Of a stretch of 17,924 nt of DNA, positions 1 through 10,736 are shown piece by piece (the first letter of the stretch is position 1; each line of letters starts with the position of its first letter). A program made the position numbers and the translations under genes. Origin of the DNA: Geosiphon pyriformis uo1. Its lineage: Eukaryota; Fungi; Glomeromycota. The notes under the pieces are model-generated. The model made no database searches. It was not told the origin of the DNA and saw nothing but the letters and a program-made list of their open reading frames with translations. The DNA is taken from the NCBI GenBank assembly GCA_016748015.1, contig JAAOMT010000280.1, positions 1-17,924 of the forward strand, written 5' to 3'.

Positions 1-469
1 ACTCAAATATATTTATTTTTAATTTATAAATAAAAAATTATTAGTATTTATTTATATAAAAAATCAAATTAATATTATATTACATTATAGATTTTGTTTA
101 TTTTTTTATGTTTTGTTTTTAAATAAAATTTACATGATTTTTATATAATTTTTTTTTAAACAGATTGGTTTTTTTGTTTTTTTAAGATAAAATATATTTT
201 GTTTTTCAACTTGTATAATATAAAAAGTAGTATGTATTTAATACTTCAATTTAGAATCAAAGTTTTTTTTTTAAAAATATTTTTTAATATCTTAATATAT
301 TGATTTATATAATCTTAAAAAAACAAAGTTTTGGCTTGTTTTTTTTACTTCTAATTATTAAATAGTTTTTAAAAAGTTCAAAAAATGTTTTTTAAATAAG
401 TTATTTATAATTTATTAATAATAAATATATTATACAAAATGTTTACCAACTTTTTGTCTCCTTAATTTT

Positions 470-1555
470 ATGATTATGACCAGAGCAAAGAGTAAAAAAG
501 CTGCACCTGATATCTGTTCTAAAATATCTAATAAAATTTCAACCAAAGGAGCTTTCTCTGTTGTAGAAGCAACTAAGCAGAACGTTTTAGAAGTCTTCCC
601 TTTACCCAGTAATTGTGATAAGCTGTCTTTGGTAGCCATTGAAGCAACTTCTTCATCTTTGGCTGGTTTCTCACCAGTCAAAGTTCCCTCAAAGAGACAC
701 ACTTGAGTTAGTTCCAGTGTTGTCTCCACCCCAACTAAGAGCCCAAAAGTGTTCAATAATAGACCAGTTAACAAGTTGGTGTTCCCCTCTATAGCTTCAA
801 CATCTGGTGCTTCTAACACCTCTTCTTCAAAGAAAATGATCAAAAAGACCAAAAGTTCAGAAAAGTGGGGGCAGTTCCCTGTCTCTGCTATTATTACACC
901 GAACCCCTTTGTGGTTCCAAATGAGATCTTAGATAAGATCTCCATAACATTATCCAGCACATTATTTAAGATGGACCAAGATCAACTACTGGCTGTATTG
1001 CCAAATGTGGTGTCTTCTAGCAGATTTTTGCCGGTTTTAAAAGCAAAACAATCTCCTTCTGTTGGATCACCTGTTTTTGAGAACTGGGCTGACCAAATGG
1101 AAACTGAATTATCTCCTTCTCTAGTTTCTGGTGCTGCTTCTGGTGGTGCTTGAAAAACTATTACTAGTTGTCAAAGATTTGCTGGGTGGGTGGCTTCTAC
1201 TCTGGTGCCTAGTGCTACTTTTAAGATTAAATTGGCTCATGTTAAGACTGTTTTTTAGTCAGTACATGGTTTTTTGGATGCAAAGTCAGTATCAAAAGAC
1301 AATATGAAGCTGTTTTGTGTAGAGTTTGCTTCTTAAGTGTCTTTAGAAGCTGCATTCTTGGTTGAGCTTACAAGCTCTATACATTTGGCCACTCTTAAAA
1401 TTGCCAAGTCTTTGGTAATTTCTGAATCTGGTTTCCCTTCTGCTGCTGTTGTGTTGCATGATGTGCTCTTGGGTGTGTCTACTGCTGACATTAAAACAGT
1501 TTTTAGTGTGTTTGATAGTATTAATTGTGTTGTGCTAAAGCCTGCTGGTATTTGG
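470..1555 (+). pseudogene. Decayed non-LTR (LINE-like) retrotransposon ORF1, 3'-interrupted by an LTR
   Basis: Track ORFs at 470, 749 and 1337 share one frame, broken by 4 point stops (704, 1151, 1256, 1334) that are consistent with TGG>TGA and CAR>TAR. A Ser/Pro/Lys-rich N-terminus precedes RRM-like segments (KLFCVEFAS.VSLEAA; AVVLHDVLLGVSTADIKTVFSVFDSINCVVLKPAGIW). The frame is cut exactly at the LTR junction at 1556. The LINE assignment is an inference from the RRM architecture. Confidence 0.6.
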
Positions 1556-2323
1556 TGTAACTTGGTGCTCAATTGCTATATCAATATTGGTTTCTGAAGG
1601 TCTTGTTAATCTGAAGGTTTTGTTGTGGAGTTCTTTGTATAATGGACAGAGATTTAATTGTTATCTTCTTAGTAGCCTCCTAGAATCGCAATTTCATCGA
1701 ATTTATTTCTCAGCATGGTGACTGGTAATCTGACAGAGATGCCCTTCTGGTAAGCTATCTGTTAATATATATACTTTTCCTTTGGAGTCTTTTACCAGGC
1801 TATCATTGACATTAATAACTCAGCACTTAACTCTCAATTGATTAGTAAAACAAAGAAATAAAAGAAAAATACAAGAAAATAAACAAAAACAATTGCAAGT
1901 TAGTATCTCATCAATAACCATGATCAAGAACTATTGTTTTAGTGTGGTTAACTATCAATTACTATCAACATAAAGTGTTGATAGTGGGAGTGGATTTAAG
2001 ATAGAGAATAATTATTTATTGATATTTGTGGGTTAGAAGTCACTTAGATAAAATCTTAACTGAGAGGTTTGTTTTTTCTACTTCTAATGCTACCACTATA
2101 TATACATAATTTGGGTTCTATGAGATTGCTTCCATTCTCGAGTGATGTGCTATAATTTCTCAAGCAATGTTCTGTGATTTCTGACATTGCTCCATATTGC
2201 TGAGCAATGTGTCATAATTTCTGACATTGCTCCATATTGCTAAGCAATGTGTTCACATGCTAACTACTACTTTCTTATTGGTCTACTATTTTTTTATATC
2301 TGTTTTCTTTTTTATGAATAATA
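1556..2323 (-). repeat. 3' LTR of the minus-strand element, lacking the last ~45 bp of U5
   Basis: Aligns along its length with 2684-3477. On the minus strand it begins TATTATTCA (mutated TGTTACTCA) right after the PPT and ends ...CCAAGTTACA. Confidence 0.9.
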
Positions 2324-2341
2324 TTATCTCTTCCTTTTTAA
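2324..2341 (-). promoter_or_regulatory. Polypurine tract (PPT)
   Basis: Minus strand reads TTAAAAAGGAAGAGATAA directly abutting the LTR start; it matches the PPT at 10722-10736. Confidence 0.8.
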
Positions 2342-2618
2342 TATTAAGCTTCATCAAAATCTTCGTTTTGAATTAATTCTAATACTTTTTTTTTAAATAT
2401 TGTTTGTTCAACTTTGTTTCTCTTAAACAATCTGTGATTTTATTATTGACATAGAAATTGAAGGCTGATTCTGCTGGGAAATAATTATTGTTTAATCCCA
2501 ATTGTTGGCTGTACTGTTAAAACAAGGATTTGGCAAATTCTAAATGGTTTGTTCCTATGATTTCTGATTCTGCCACTTTTGGATAATTGTTGTTAGTACC
2601 AGTTCTCTGTAAGATTAT

Positions 2619-2636
2619 ATCTCACAGGGAGCCCCA
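2619..2636 (-). promoter_or_regulatory. Putative primer-binding site
   Basis: Minus strand TGGGGCTCCCTGTGAG begins 2 nt after the LTR end ...TGTAACA. The TGG start matches tRNA CCA; the cognate tRNA is not identified. Confidence 0.6.
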
Positions 2637-2638
2637 AA

Positions 2639-3477
2639 TGTTACAAGTGATTATTTGGGGTCTCAAATCAAATAACAAACCCATAACTTGGTGTTCAATT
2701 GTTATATCAATGTTAGTTTCTGAAGGTTTTTTTGATCTGAAGATTTTGTTGTGGAGTTCTTTGTATAATGAACAGAGATTTAATTGTTATCTTCCCAGTA
2801 GCCTTCCAGAATCACAAATCTGTCAAATTTTTTTCTCAGCATAGTGGTCAATAATTTGGCAAAGATGCCTTTCTGGTAAGCTATCTGTTAATATATATAA
2901 TTCCTATGCCCTTCTTTTAGGGTCTTTTACCAAGCTATTATTGATGTCAATAACTTAGCACTTAACCTTCAATTGATTAGTAAAACAAAGAAATAAAAGA
3001 AAAATACAAGAAAATAAACAAAAGCAATTGCAAGTTAGTATCCTGTTAATAGCTATGAATAAGAGCTATTGTTCCAGTGTGGTTAAGTATCAATTACTAT
3101 TAACATGAAGTGTTGATAGTGGGAGTGGATTTGAGATAGAAAATAATTATTTATTGATATTTGTGGATTGAAAGTTGCTTAAATAAAATCTCAACTGAGA
3201 GGTCTGTCTTTTCTACTTCTAATGCTATTACTATATATACATAATTTGGATTCTATAAAATTACTTCCATTTTTGAGTGATGTGCTATAATTTCTCAAGC
3301 AATGCTCATATTGCTGAGTAATGTTCTGTGATTTCTGATATTGCTCTACATTGCTAAGCAATGTGCCATAATTTTTGACATTGCTTCATATTGTTGAGCA
3401 ATGTGTTCACATGCTAACTACTACTCTCTTATTGGTCTACTATTTTTCTATATCTGTTTTCTTTTTTATGAGTAACA
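2639..3477 (-). repeat. 5' LTR of the minus-strand element (839 bp)
   Basis: Minus-strand termini TGTTAC...GTAACA form a perfect terminal inverted repeat. It contains a CCAAT box, ACATTGCT/AGCAATGT tandem repeats, TATATATA and AATAAA. Confidence 0.9.
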
Positions 3478-4600
3478 ACAATGTAGAAAAAGCCATCACA
3501 GCCAATGGATGAAACAACAACAGAGCCCTTCAAGTGATTTCCTATTTTCTACAGGATACTACCGACTTATGATATCAGAGTTTAACCATCAAACCTCAAA
3601 CATTCCAGAAATTTAAAATTGCATTCTTGGGATATTTCAGTAATAATAACAGTATTAATTGCCTAGTTAACGCCTTCACTACAATCAAATAGGGAGAAAC
3701 TAAAGCAGTTACCACTTACTTGGGACACTTCTACAGGAACTTGCATCAAATTCAAGCAATTCAAGCTGACTATTTTACAGTGCCACAGATTTTAAACCAG
3801 TTCATTTGTAGACTGCATAATAGTCTTCTTCAATGCATATGCCCAATATACCCACAAACTCTCTAAGATGCAGTCACCAATACAAGAGATTTTAAATTGG
3901 CAGAACTTAAAGCAAACTATGCCCAAGCCATTAATTTAGTCATAAATGGATTATCTGACTTGGATTCCAAATTGAAACAACTCAGTGATTCAATTAATCA
4001 GAAATTGGAAGAATACTTAGCTGACAATTACATAATTTATTAACTACCACAACAACACAATAATTCAGAAAACATGAATCATTTCCAAAATCAGTCGCAT
4101 CTATTATTATCTTCAAATCAGCCGTGGCAACAAGAAACACGTGTTTGCCATAACTGTGGTAAACAAGGCCATATTAGAGCCGACTGCTGATTTTATAGTA
4201 ATAATTTATGATCGGAAAATCAATATCAAAACCCTGATCACTGGTTTCAAGCTTTGAGTTATCAATCCAGCTCAGCACTATATCAACCAAATTACTTATC
4301 TATGACACAACAGCCAATATATCAACCACCAATTTATCAGTTCTTAGTATTCATTGTTTATCAATTGCAGTCTTAACTCATCTATTAACTGCAGTCTCAA
4401 GTAATCTATCAACCCTAACAAATTCAAACACTGCCACAAAACTTATCTCAAAATGGAACCCAAAGGCCAAGACTGACACAGCAAAGCTGGAGATTGTTAA
4501 TGATAGTCTATTAACCAATCCCCAATTCTACCACGCATTCATCTGGATCATGACAATAGAATTTAGGCACCAGGTACACACAAAACCCAAGTTTCCAGAA
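3478..4600 (+). pseudogene. gag: Gag (capsid domain, CCHC zinc knuckle, Q/P-rich tail)
   Basis: Translation NVEKAITANG*...FKIAFLGYF...IK*GETKAVTTYLGHF...QILNQFICRL is a retrotransposon gag/MHR pattern. The knuckle CHNCGKQGHIRADC lies at 4146-4187 in the same frame. Confidence 0.9.
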
Positions 4601-4789
4601 CTATTTAAGTCTTCTGGTTACCTCAGAAGATGTCTTATCTAATAATGTGGAGACCTACCAAACACAGCCACTTACCAGCAACATTTCACCAGCTGCTAGT
4701 ACCAAAAACGAATCACAAGCTGCTATATTCCCTTTTGATTTTGACAAAATTACACCAGTTCTCTTATTTAGTGGAGCTGTTTTTAACAC

Positions 4790-5170
4790 CAAACCAATCA
4801 CAGCCATGTATACCAACACTAAAGTCGATGGTCAACTTATCAAGCTTATCCTCAACAGGCAGCATAATCACATGACAACTTATAGACCAATTAGGTCACT
4901 GAGTTGATTGCACTGCCAGTACCAGAATTATTATGACTGATAGAACTACAAAAACTCCTATTGGCAAGATCAATAACTTCACTTTTGAAGTTAATAGTAT
5001 CACTATACTAATTAAAGTTTTAGTAATAAAAGCCACTCAATATTAGACACTCATTGGCAATAATTGGCTGTTTAAAACAAATGCAACCCTTGATTAAACC
5101 ACACAGGAGCTTCAACTAAGTCAGAACAGTTGACACACACATGTACCAGTCATGTGTGGTTATTTCAAAA
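4790..5170 (+). pseudogene. Aspartic protease, with the catalytic motif destroyed by a small deletion and frameshift
   Basis: Reads AMYTNTKVDGQLIKLILN, frameshift, then GSIIT...ALIG-like 'TLIGNNWL'. The expected D(S/T)G near 4852 is missing. Confidence 0.8.
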
Positions 5171-5499
5171 TGACTACTACACTAGCACCACTAATTAAGC
5201 TCAAAAAAGAAAAGGAAAAACCCACCAGAAAAGCATATTAAGTTTCATAAGCCGACAATGAGCACAACAAATTACCATCAGTGTCTTTATAGGATTATCA
5301 AGGAAAGAGAAAGCAAAAAAAAGAACCTACATGAAATAATGATCAAACTTGGAGAATTGACAACAATCAAGATGAACTATCAACAACTTGGGAATGGGAA
5401 AAAGATAATATTAAAGGGAAAGAGAAAGAGAAAAAAGAAAATTTAACACCAAATTCCACTTACCCTATATATACTTACACACTACCACAACCAAACTAT

Positions 5500-6140
5500 C
5501 ATTGACCAAAGCTTATATGTGGCAATTGTGGCAAAAAATTGTCATCAATAAGTGCATGCTGTGGTGATGATGAGGAATACCAAATGACAACCAAGTTTTA
5601 TTGTCGTCCATGCATTATAAAACGTTTTGGAAGACTAAAACAAGTAGAAAAATGGGATAACAAATCCTGCTTGGCTTGTGGAGAAACTCTTTTAGATGAA
5701 AGAATGTGGAACAACATTTCTGAATGAGAAAAAATATGTAACAAATCATGTTAGTACACGATTTTTATAAGTGACTGGGTTAGAAAAAAATGCCTATAGA
5801 TGCTGCCTGAAGACAAGCAGTCAAATGTTTGGACAGATGTCCACACAATGATGACAAAATTTGGCAAATGGCTCTCACCAAAATCAAAAAAACATCACCA
5901 GAAGAAATAAAAAGAATAAAGAACAACCCATTAGAATCTATAAAACTTGACTGAGACTCAGAACCAGTCATAAATCTACTGGATCCAGAACAATTCCACA
6001 AACACTATCAGGAATTAGCACTCACTAGAGAGAAACAAGAGCAACAGTTGGAAAAAATCAACACTCAACTATGTAACCATTGTTTGATTCTCTGTGACTT
6101 TCAATATTGTAATGAATGTAATTTTATTTACAATCTACTA
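5500..6140 (+). pseudogene. Cys-rich insert of unknown function in pol
   Basis: Contains CGNC, CC, CRPC, CLAC, CNKSC and CNHC-x3-C-x4-CNEC in the pol reading frame, with one frameshift at the A-run near 5785. Confidence 0.6.
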
Positions 6141-6359
6141 TCATACATAATCTACACAATCTCAGAGGAAAATGAACCAATCAGCTATTATGCATCAGAA
6201 TTGAGATCAACTTTCAATTCTGATTCAAACTCCAACAATGATAATAATGAAAATAACAGTTTCAGTTCCATTCAAAATGACAACAAAAATTATGATAATT
6301 TGGACTCTGATTCAAACCCCAAAATATACATTGTGCTTCCTGACCTCTCTAAAGAGCAG

Positions 6360-6788
6360 GAACTTAAATGGTTTAGTGATAACAATGAAAATATTATGTT
6401 AGAACGTGTACATAATACCAATGCTGAGTTTAATCTAAGATATTCAGGGAAGAATGTTATTAAATTAGAACCATATTCATGCACATGCATTGATCTCAAA
6501 GTAGCATTAGAAATTCCAGCAACAACAATGGTTCAACTAGCATTTAGGAGTAGTTTAGCAAAAAAAAGAATTAACATTAGAGGAGGAATAATTGATACAG
6601 AATATGTAGAAAATATCATTGCAATATTACAAAACAATTCAGAAAAAGCCTATGTCATAGAGCCAAATAAAAAAATAGCACAGGCAATATTCCTGTCTCT
6701 GGTTAAAATAGCTCAATTAGTATCAGTAGAAAACAGAGAAAAATTAGGGATTACAGCTAGAGAGATACAGAGATTTGGATCTACAGGT
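6360..6788 (+). pseudogene. dut: dUTPase domain (trimeric type), degenerate
   Basis: All five motifs occur in order within ORF 6048-7166: I AEFNL (AGFDL), II RSSLA, III GIIDTEYVE (GxIDxxYxG), IV KIAQ, V REIQRFGSTG (RGxxGFGSTG). Deviations from consensus are G>A changes. Confidence 0.92.
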
Positions 6789-7299
6789 AGAATAGATGTA
6801 CCAGTTAATATGACAAAAAAAGAGGTTATTAACAAAGAAGAAATTATCTCTATCCGTCAACCAATTTCCATTCTATTATATGACCAGTACATAGTAACTA
6901 TAGAGAGAAAAGTAAAGAATCAGGTTCAAATGTTTAAGGCAGAAGCACAACTTTGTGAATTAGGAGAGATTAGATTAATTAATCTACACATACCAGCCAA
7001 AAATCATGGTTACATTAAAATCCCCATTTACAACAACACGGGAAACATTATGGAGATACTAAAAGAAACTACTATTAGATATTTAACTACCAAAATTGAA
7101 GAACAATTACCAAACCCCATTCCAAACTTTTCACAATTGTGTAGATATGTAAATATTACATTATAAACAATATACAGATGAGAAGAATGTTATCTGCTTC
7201 AACCAGAACAATTAGAACAGATGAACTTGAGAAACTTAGACCCACTACAATGTATGCAACTCAAAATGCTACTCAACAATTTCAATGACATTTGCCAGC

Positions 7300-8159
7300 A
7301 AAAACAAATTTGGCAGAACTGACATCATTCAATATTAAATTAAGACTGGAGATGCAATGTCAATTAAACAAAGAGCATACAGAGTACTACCAGCTAGCCA
7401 TAAAATCATTTGTCAAGAAATCAATTGAATGCTTGACAACAGACTAATTCAGTCATCAATAAGTTTATAGTCATTACCAGTGGTACTAGTCTATAAGAAA
7501 AATGAGAAAATTCATTTTTGCATGGATTACTGAAAACTGAATGAAGTGACCAAAGGAGATAGCTACCCAACTCCAAAGATCCAAGAATTGTTCGACACTT
7601 TTGGAGGAAAAAAATGGTTTTCAACATTAAATTTAGACAGTGGTTACTGGCAAGTAGTCATGAAACCAGAGACAAAGAGAAAATGGCTTTTACAACTCGA
7701 AAAGGAAACTTTGAATTTAAAGTAATACTATTTGGCTTAATGAATGCTCCAGCCACTTTTCAGCAACTTATGAAAATTATTTATACTAGGCTACTATGGA
7801 AATCAGTAGTCATATACTTGGATGACACCAATGTGTTTTCAAAAACATTCAATAATTATCTGCATTATTTCCAACAAGTGTTTGAAAGACTAAGAAGAGC
7901 CAGATTAAAGCTAAATACAACCAAATGTTTTTTTGGAAAGACTGAATTCAAGTTTTTGGGACATGTAGTAAGCATAGATGGAATTAAAACAGATCCAGAC
8001 AAGATTGAGATTGTTAAAAATTTTCCAGTACCAAATAATCTTACAAAACTAAGAGCATTCTTGGGATTTGCTGAATATTACTGTTGTTTTATCAAGAACT
8101 TTTCCAAAATAGCTCAACCACTATACCAACTCCAAACAAAGAACACCAAATATGAATGA
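7300..8159 (+). pseudogene. pol: Reverse transcriptase
   Basis: Motifs PVVLV.KK, FCMDY.KLN, FSTLNLDSGYWQ, KMAFTT, FGLMNAPATFQ, YLDD (7815-7826), KC, FLGH and LRAFLG. Confidence 0.97.
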
Positions 8160-8610
8160 ACAGAAACTTAGCAAAAAGCTTTTGATACATTAAGAAGAAA
8201 GCTTATTCAAGCTCTAGTACTAATCTATTCAAACCATAGCAAGCCATTCATAATCACAATTGATGCATCTGGCCAAGCATTGAGAGCAGTATTATCTCAA
8301 AAAAGACCAGACAAATGAGAACATCCAGTAGCATATGCCAGTAGAAGCTTAAATTCAGCTAAAAAAAACTATAAAACTCTAGTACTGGAACACTTAGCTA
8401 TTTATTGGGCTGTCATTAAATAGAAAAAATACTTGAGTCAAAAGTTTGATGTGTACACCAATCATAAAGAATTAACTTCAATCCAAAAACAAGAGTTTCC
8501 AAACAATTGCCATGCTAAATAGAAAATAAAACTTTCACTATTTAATTATACAGTACATTATAAAAAAGGAAAAGAAAATGGAAATGCCAATGGATTGTCA
8601 CAAATGAGAC
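8160..8610 (+). pseudogene. pol: RNase H
   Basis: PFIITIDAS...AVLSQ...HPVAYASRSL...NY...LEHLAI...VYTNH...NANGLS. Confidence 0.92.
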
Positions 8611-8859
8611 AAATCTAAAAACAATTCAACCCAAAAATATAACAAAAAATAAATATACAAAAATACCAATAGCTCTAACATTATATAAATACTCAATTGT
8701 TTAAGAAAAAATTATCTCAAAAGAAATAAAACAACATAAAACAACAATCAAAATATTTTATTAACCATCAAAATATACTTTACTAGAAGAACAAAAGAAA
8801 TTCAGATCAACCAACCAGAGTAATTACAGAACCAGAGAAAGAGACAATATTATTCAATA

Positions 8860-9910
8860 TGCACTTAAATCCAACAGCAGGACATTTTTATAAAGAAACA
8901 ACCATAGAAAGAATCAGAAAAAGATACTATTGGTCATCAATGTATCCAGACATCATTCAATATGTGCAAAATTGTGATGCTTGTTAGAAGAAAGGAGAAA
9001 CAAGACCCAGTGAACTATTAAGACCAATCAAAGTAGAACAACTATTTGATCATATTGGAATTGACTTAGTTAAACCATTAACAATCACCAGTAGAGACAA
9101 CAGATATATTGCAGTAGCCATGAATTATCTCACTAAATGGCCAGAAGCAAAAGCCATTCAAAGAGCAAATGCAAAATCTGTTACCAAATTCGTTTATCAA
9201 GATTTGATATGTCGATATGGATATCCAAAAGAACTATTATCAGATCAAGGAACTTACTTTGTAAATAGAACATTAGCAGAATTAAGTCAAAGATTTGGAA
9301 TAAAAAGACCATTATCATCACTATACTATTCACAAACAAATGAGGTAATTGAAAGATTTAATAGAATATTATGTGAAGCCATTGCCAAAATCAGCCAAAA
9401 AAACCAGAATAAATAGAATTTGTTTATACCATCAGTATTATTTGCTTATTGGATAATGAAGCAAGACACTACACAAGCAACACCATTTGAACTAATATAT
9501 GGTAGAACAGCAATATTACCAATTGAAATAAAAGTCAAAACATATCCAACAAAACCAATAACAAAAAAGAATTTCCAAAGAACATTGTTAAGAAGAACAT
9601 ATGACTTAATGGAAACACTAGAAAACAAACAGTAAAAAACAGTTGATAACATCTGAAAGTTACAAAAGAAACAAAAAAAAAGACATGATAACCAATTATC
9701 AAATAAACCAGTTGAATTCAAGATTAGAGACAAAATACTTTTGCATTATACCAAAGCAAAAAAACAATGAAGTGGAAAATTTGACTCCAAATGAAACAGA
9801 CCATTTCACATAAAAGAAATTTTTGAAAATGAAGCTTATAAATTAAGATGGAACAATAAAATCTTAATCAAAACAGCACATGGTGATCGACTGAAATCAT
9901 ATCATCATAT
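8860..9910 (+). pseudogene. pol: DDE integrase with HHCC and GPY/F-type C-terminus, no chromodomain
   Basis: H-x6-H...YYW...CDAC; IGIDL; LSDQG; NEVIERFNR; TPFELIYG; FKIRDKIL...PFHIKE...YKL. Confidence 0.95.
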
Positions 9911-10055
9911 AGTGTCACCATCTACCAGCAATATTCCACAATTAGGAGTACAAAGAATACTAGTCCAACCAAATAAGATTTCATGAGATCTGGAACCAAT
10001 CATAATCATTGGACCAAACATGTAAAATTGAACAATAAAAAGAGGATATAAAAAC

Positions 10056-10723
10056 ATGATAAACATGACAGAAAACTTCAGAAAAATAGAAATCACTGAT
10101 AATATCTATTCACTAGCACAACAAATCTTCCAACTGATTCAACAACAGAATATAGAAATTATTATCAATCAACAAACCATTTGATACTGAGATACCAAAA
10201 AGATACCCAAATACAAAAGTCAAAAGAAAACAGAAAACACTATCAACAAAATAGTTCTGAAAATAAAATTAACAATAGAAGAACCAACAAGTGTCACCAC
10301 ATATTAAAAGTTGATCAAAGAAACTTGGAAATAGTAGATACACAAATTTCCAAAGAATTCTTGTTATTCCACTTGGGATAACACTTAAATATTCAGAATT
10401 TATACACAAATAAAACAAAACAATTATTCGATACAACAATACTGCAACAACTGGAATAATTTATAGAAAAGAACAATTTGACTACATAAGCAAGAGCCAT
10501 CTATTGGCTACATATGGGATTCTAAGACAGACTAGAAATTTTATTTAATCCAGAATTAGACTCTATTATACTTAACCAAATGAAAAAAATAACCAACACC
10601 CAATTTGAAGAATTACAGAACAAGATAACCCAAGTAATTCTCAAAAAGAAAGTTCAAGAAATACTTAACAACAGAGAATTAGAGTTAGAAGATTTGGGAG
10701 ATCTCAATAGAGCTCAATATTAA
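10056..10723 (+). pseudogene. Extra ORF (~220 codons) between integrase and PPT, unknown function
   Basis: Starts ATG at 10056/10065 (MTENFRKIEITDNIYSLAQQIFQLIQQ), has one frameshift near 10300, and ends ...ITQVILKKKVQEILNNRELELEDLGDLNRAQY*. A homologous tail is present on the minus strand at ~2340-2412. Confidence 0.6.
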
Positions 10724-10736
10724 AAGAAGAGAATAA
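10722..10736 (+). promoter_or_regulatory. Polypurine tract (PPT)
   Basis: AAAAGAAGAGAATAA directly before the LTR start TATTACTCA. Confidence 0.8.

Larger units (their letters stand above)
1556..3477 (-). mobile_element. Non-autonomous, internally deleted Ty3/Gypsy derivative (TRIM-like): two LTRs plus 315 bp internal
   Basis: Direct repeats at 1556-2323 and 2639-3477. On the minus strand: 5' LTR, PBS-like TGGGGCTCCC, a gag N-terminal remnant, the tail of the 3' accessory ORF, PPT, then 3' LTR. No TSD (flanks TTGG and ACAA). Confidence 0.85.

Noticed and set aside
430-960. 176-aa minus-strand ORF (also 1333-1572)
   Set aside because: Antisense shadow of the longer LINE ORF1 frame, with no motifs.
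2587-2844. 85-aa plus-strand ORF and the tail of ORF 1337-1597
   Set aside because: Antisense read of LTR sequence. Its openness is better explained by coding on the opposite strand.
3478-10025. Alternative genetic code or programmed readthrough explaining the stops
   Set aside because: All three stop types occur, along with frameshifts and missense decay of catalytic motifs, which indicates pseudogenisation.
10056-10723. env gene or chromodomain
   Set aside because: No signal peptide, TM anchor or chromodomain aromatic motif is visible.
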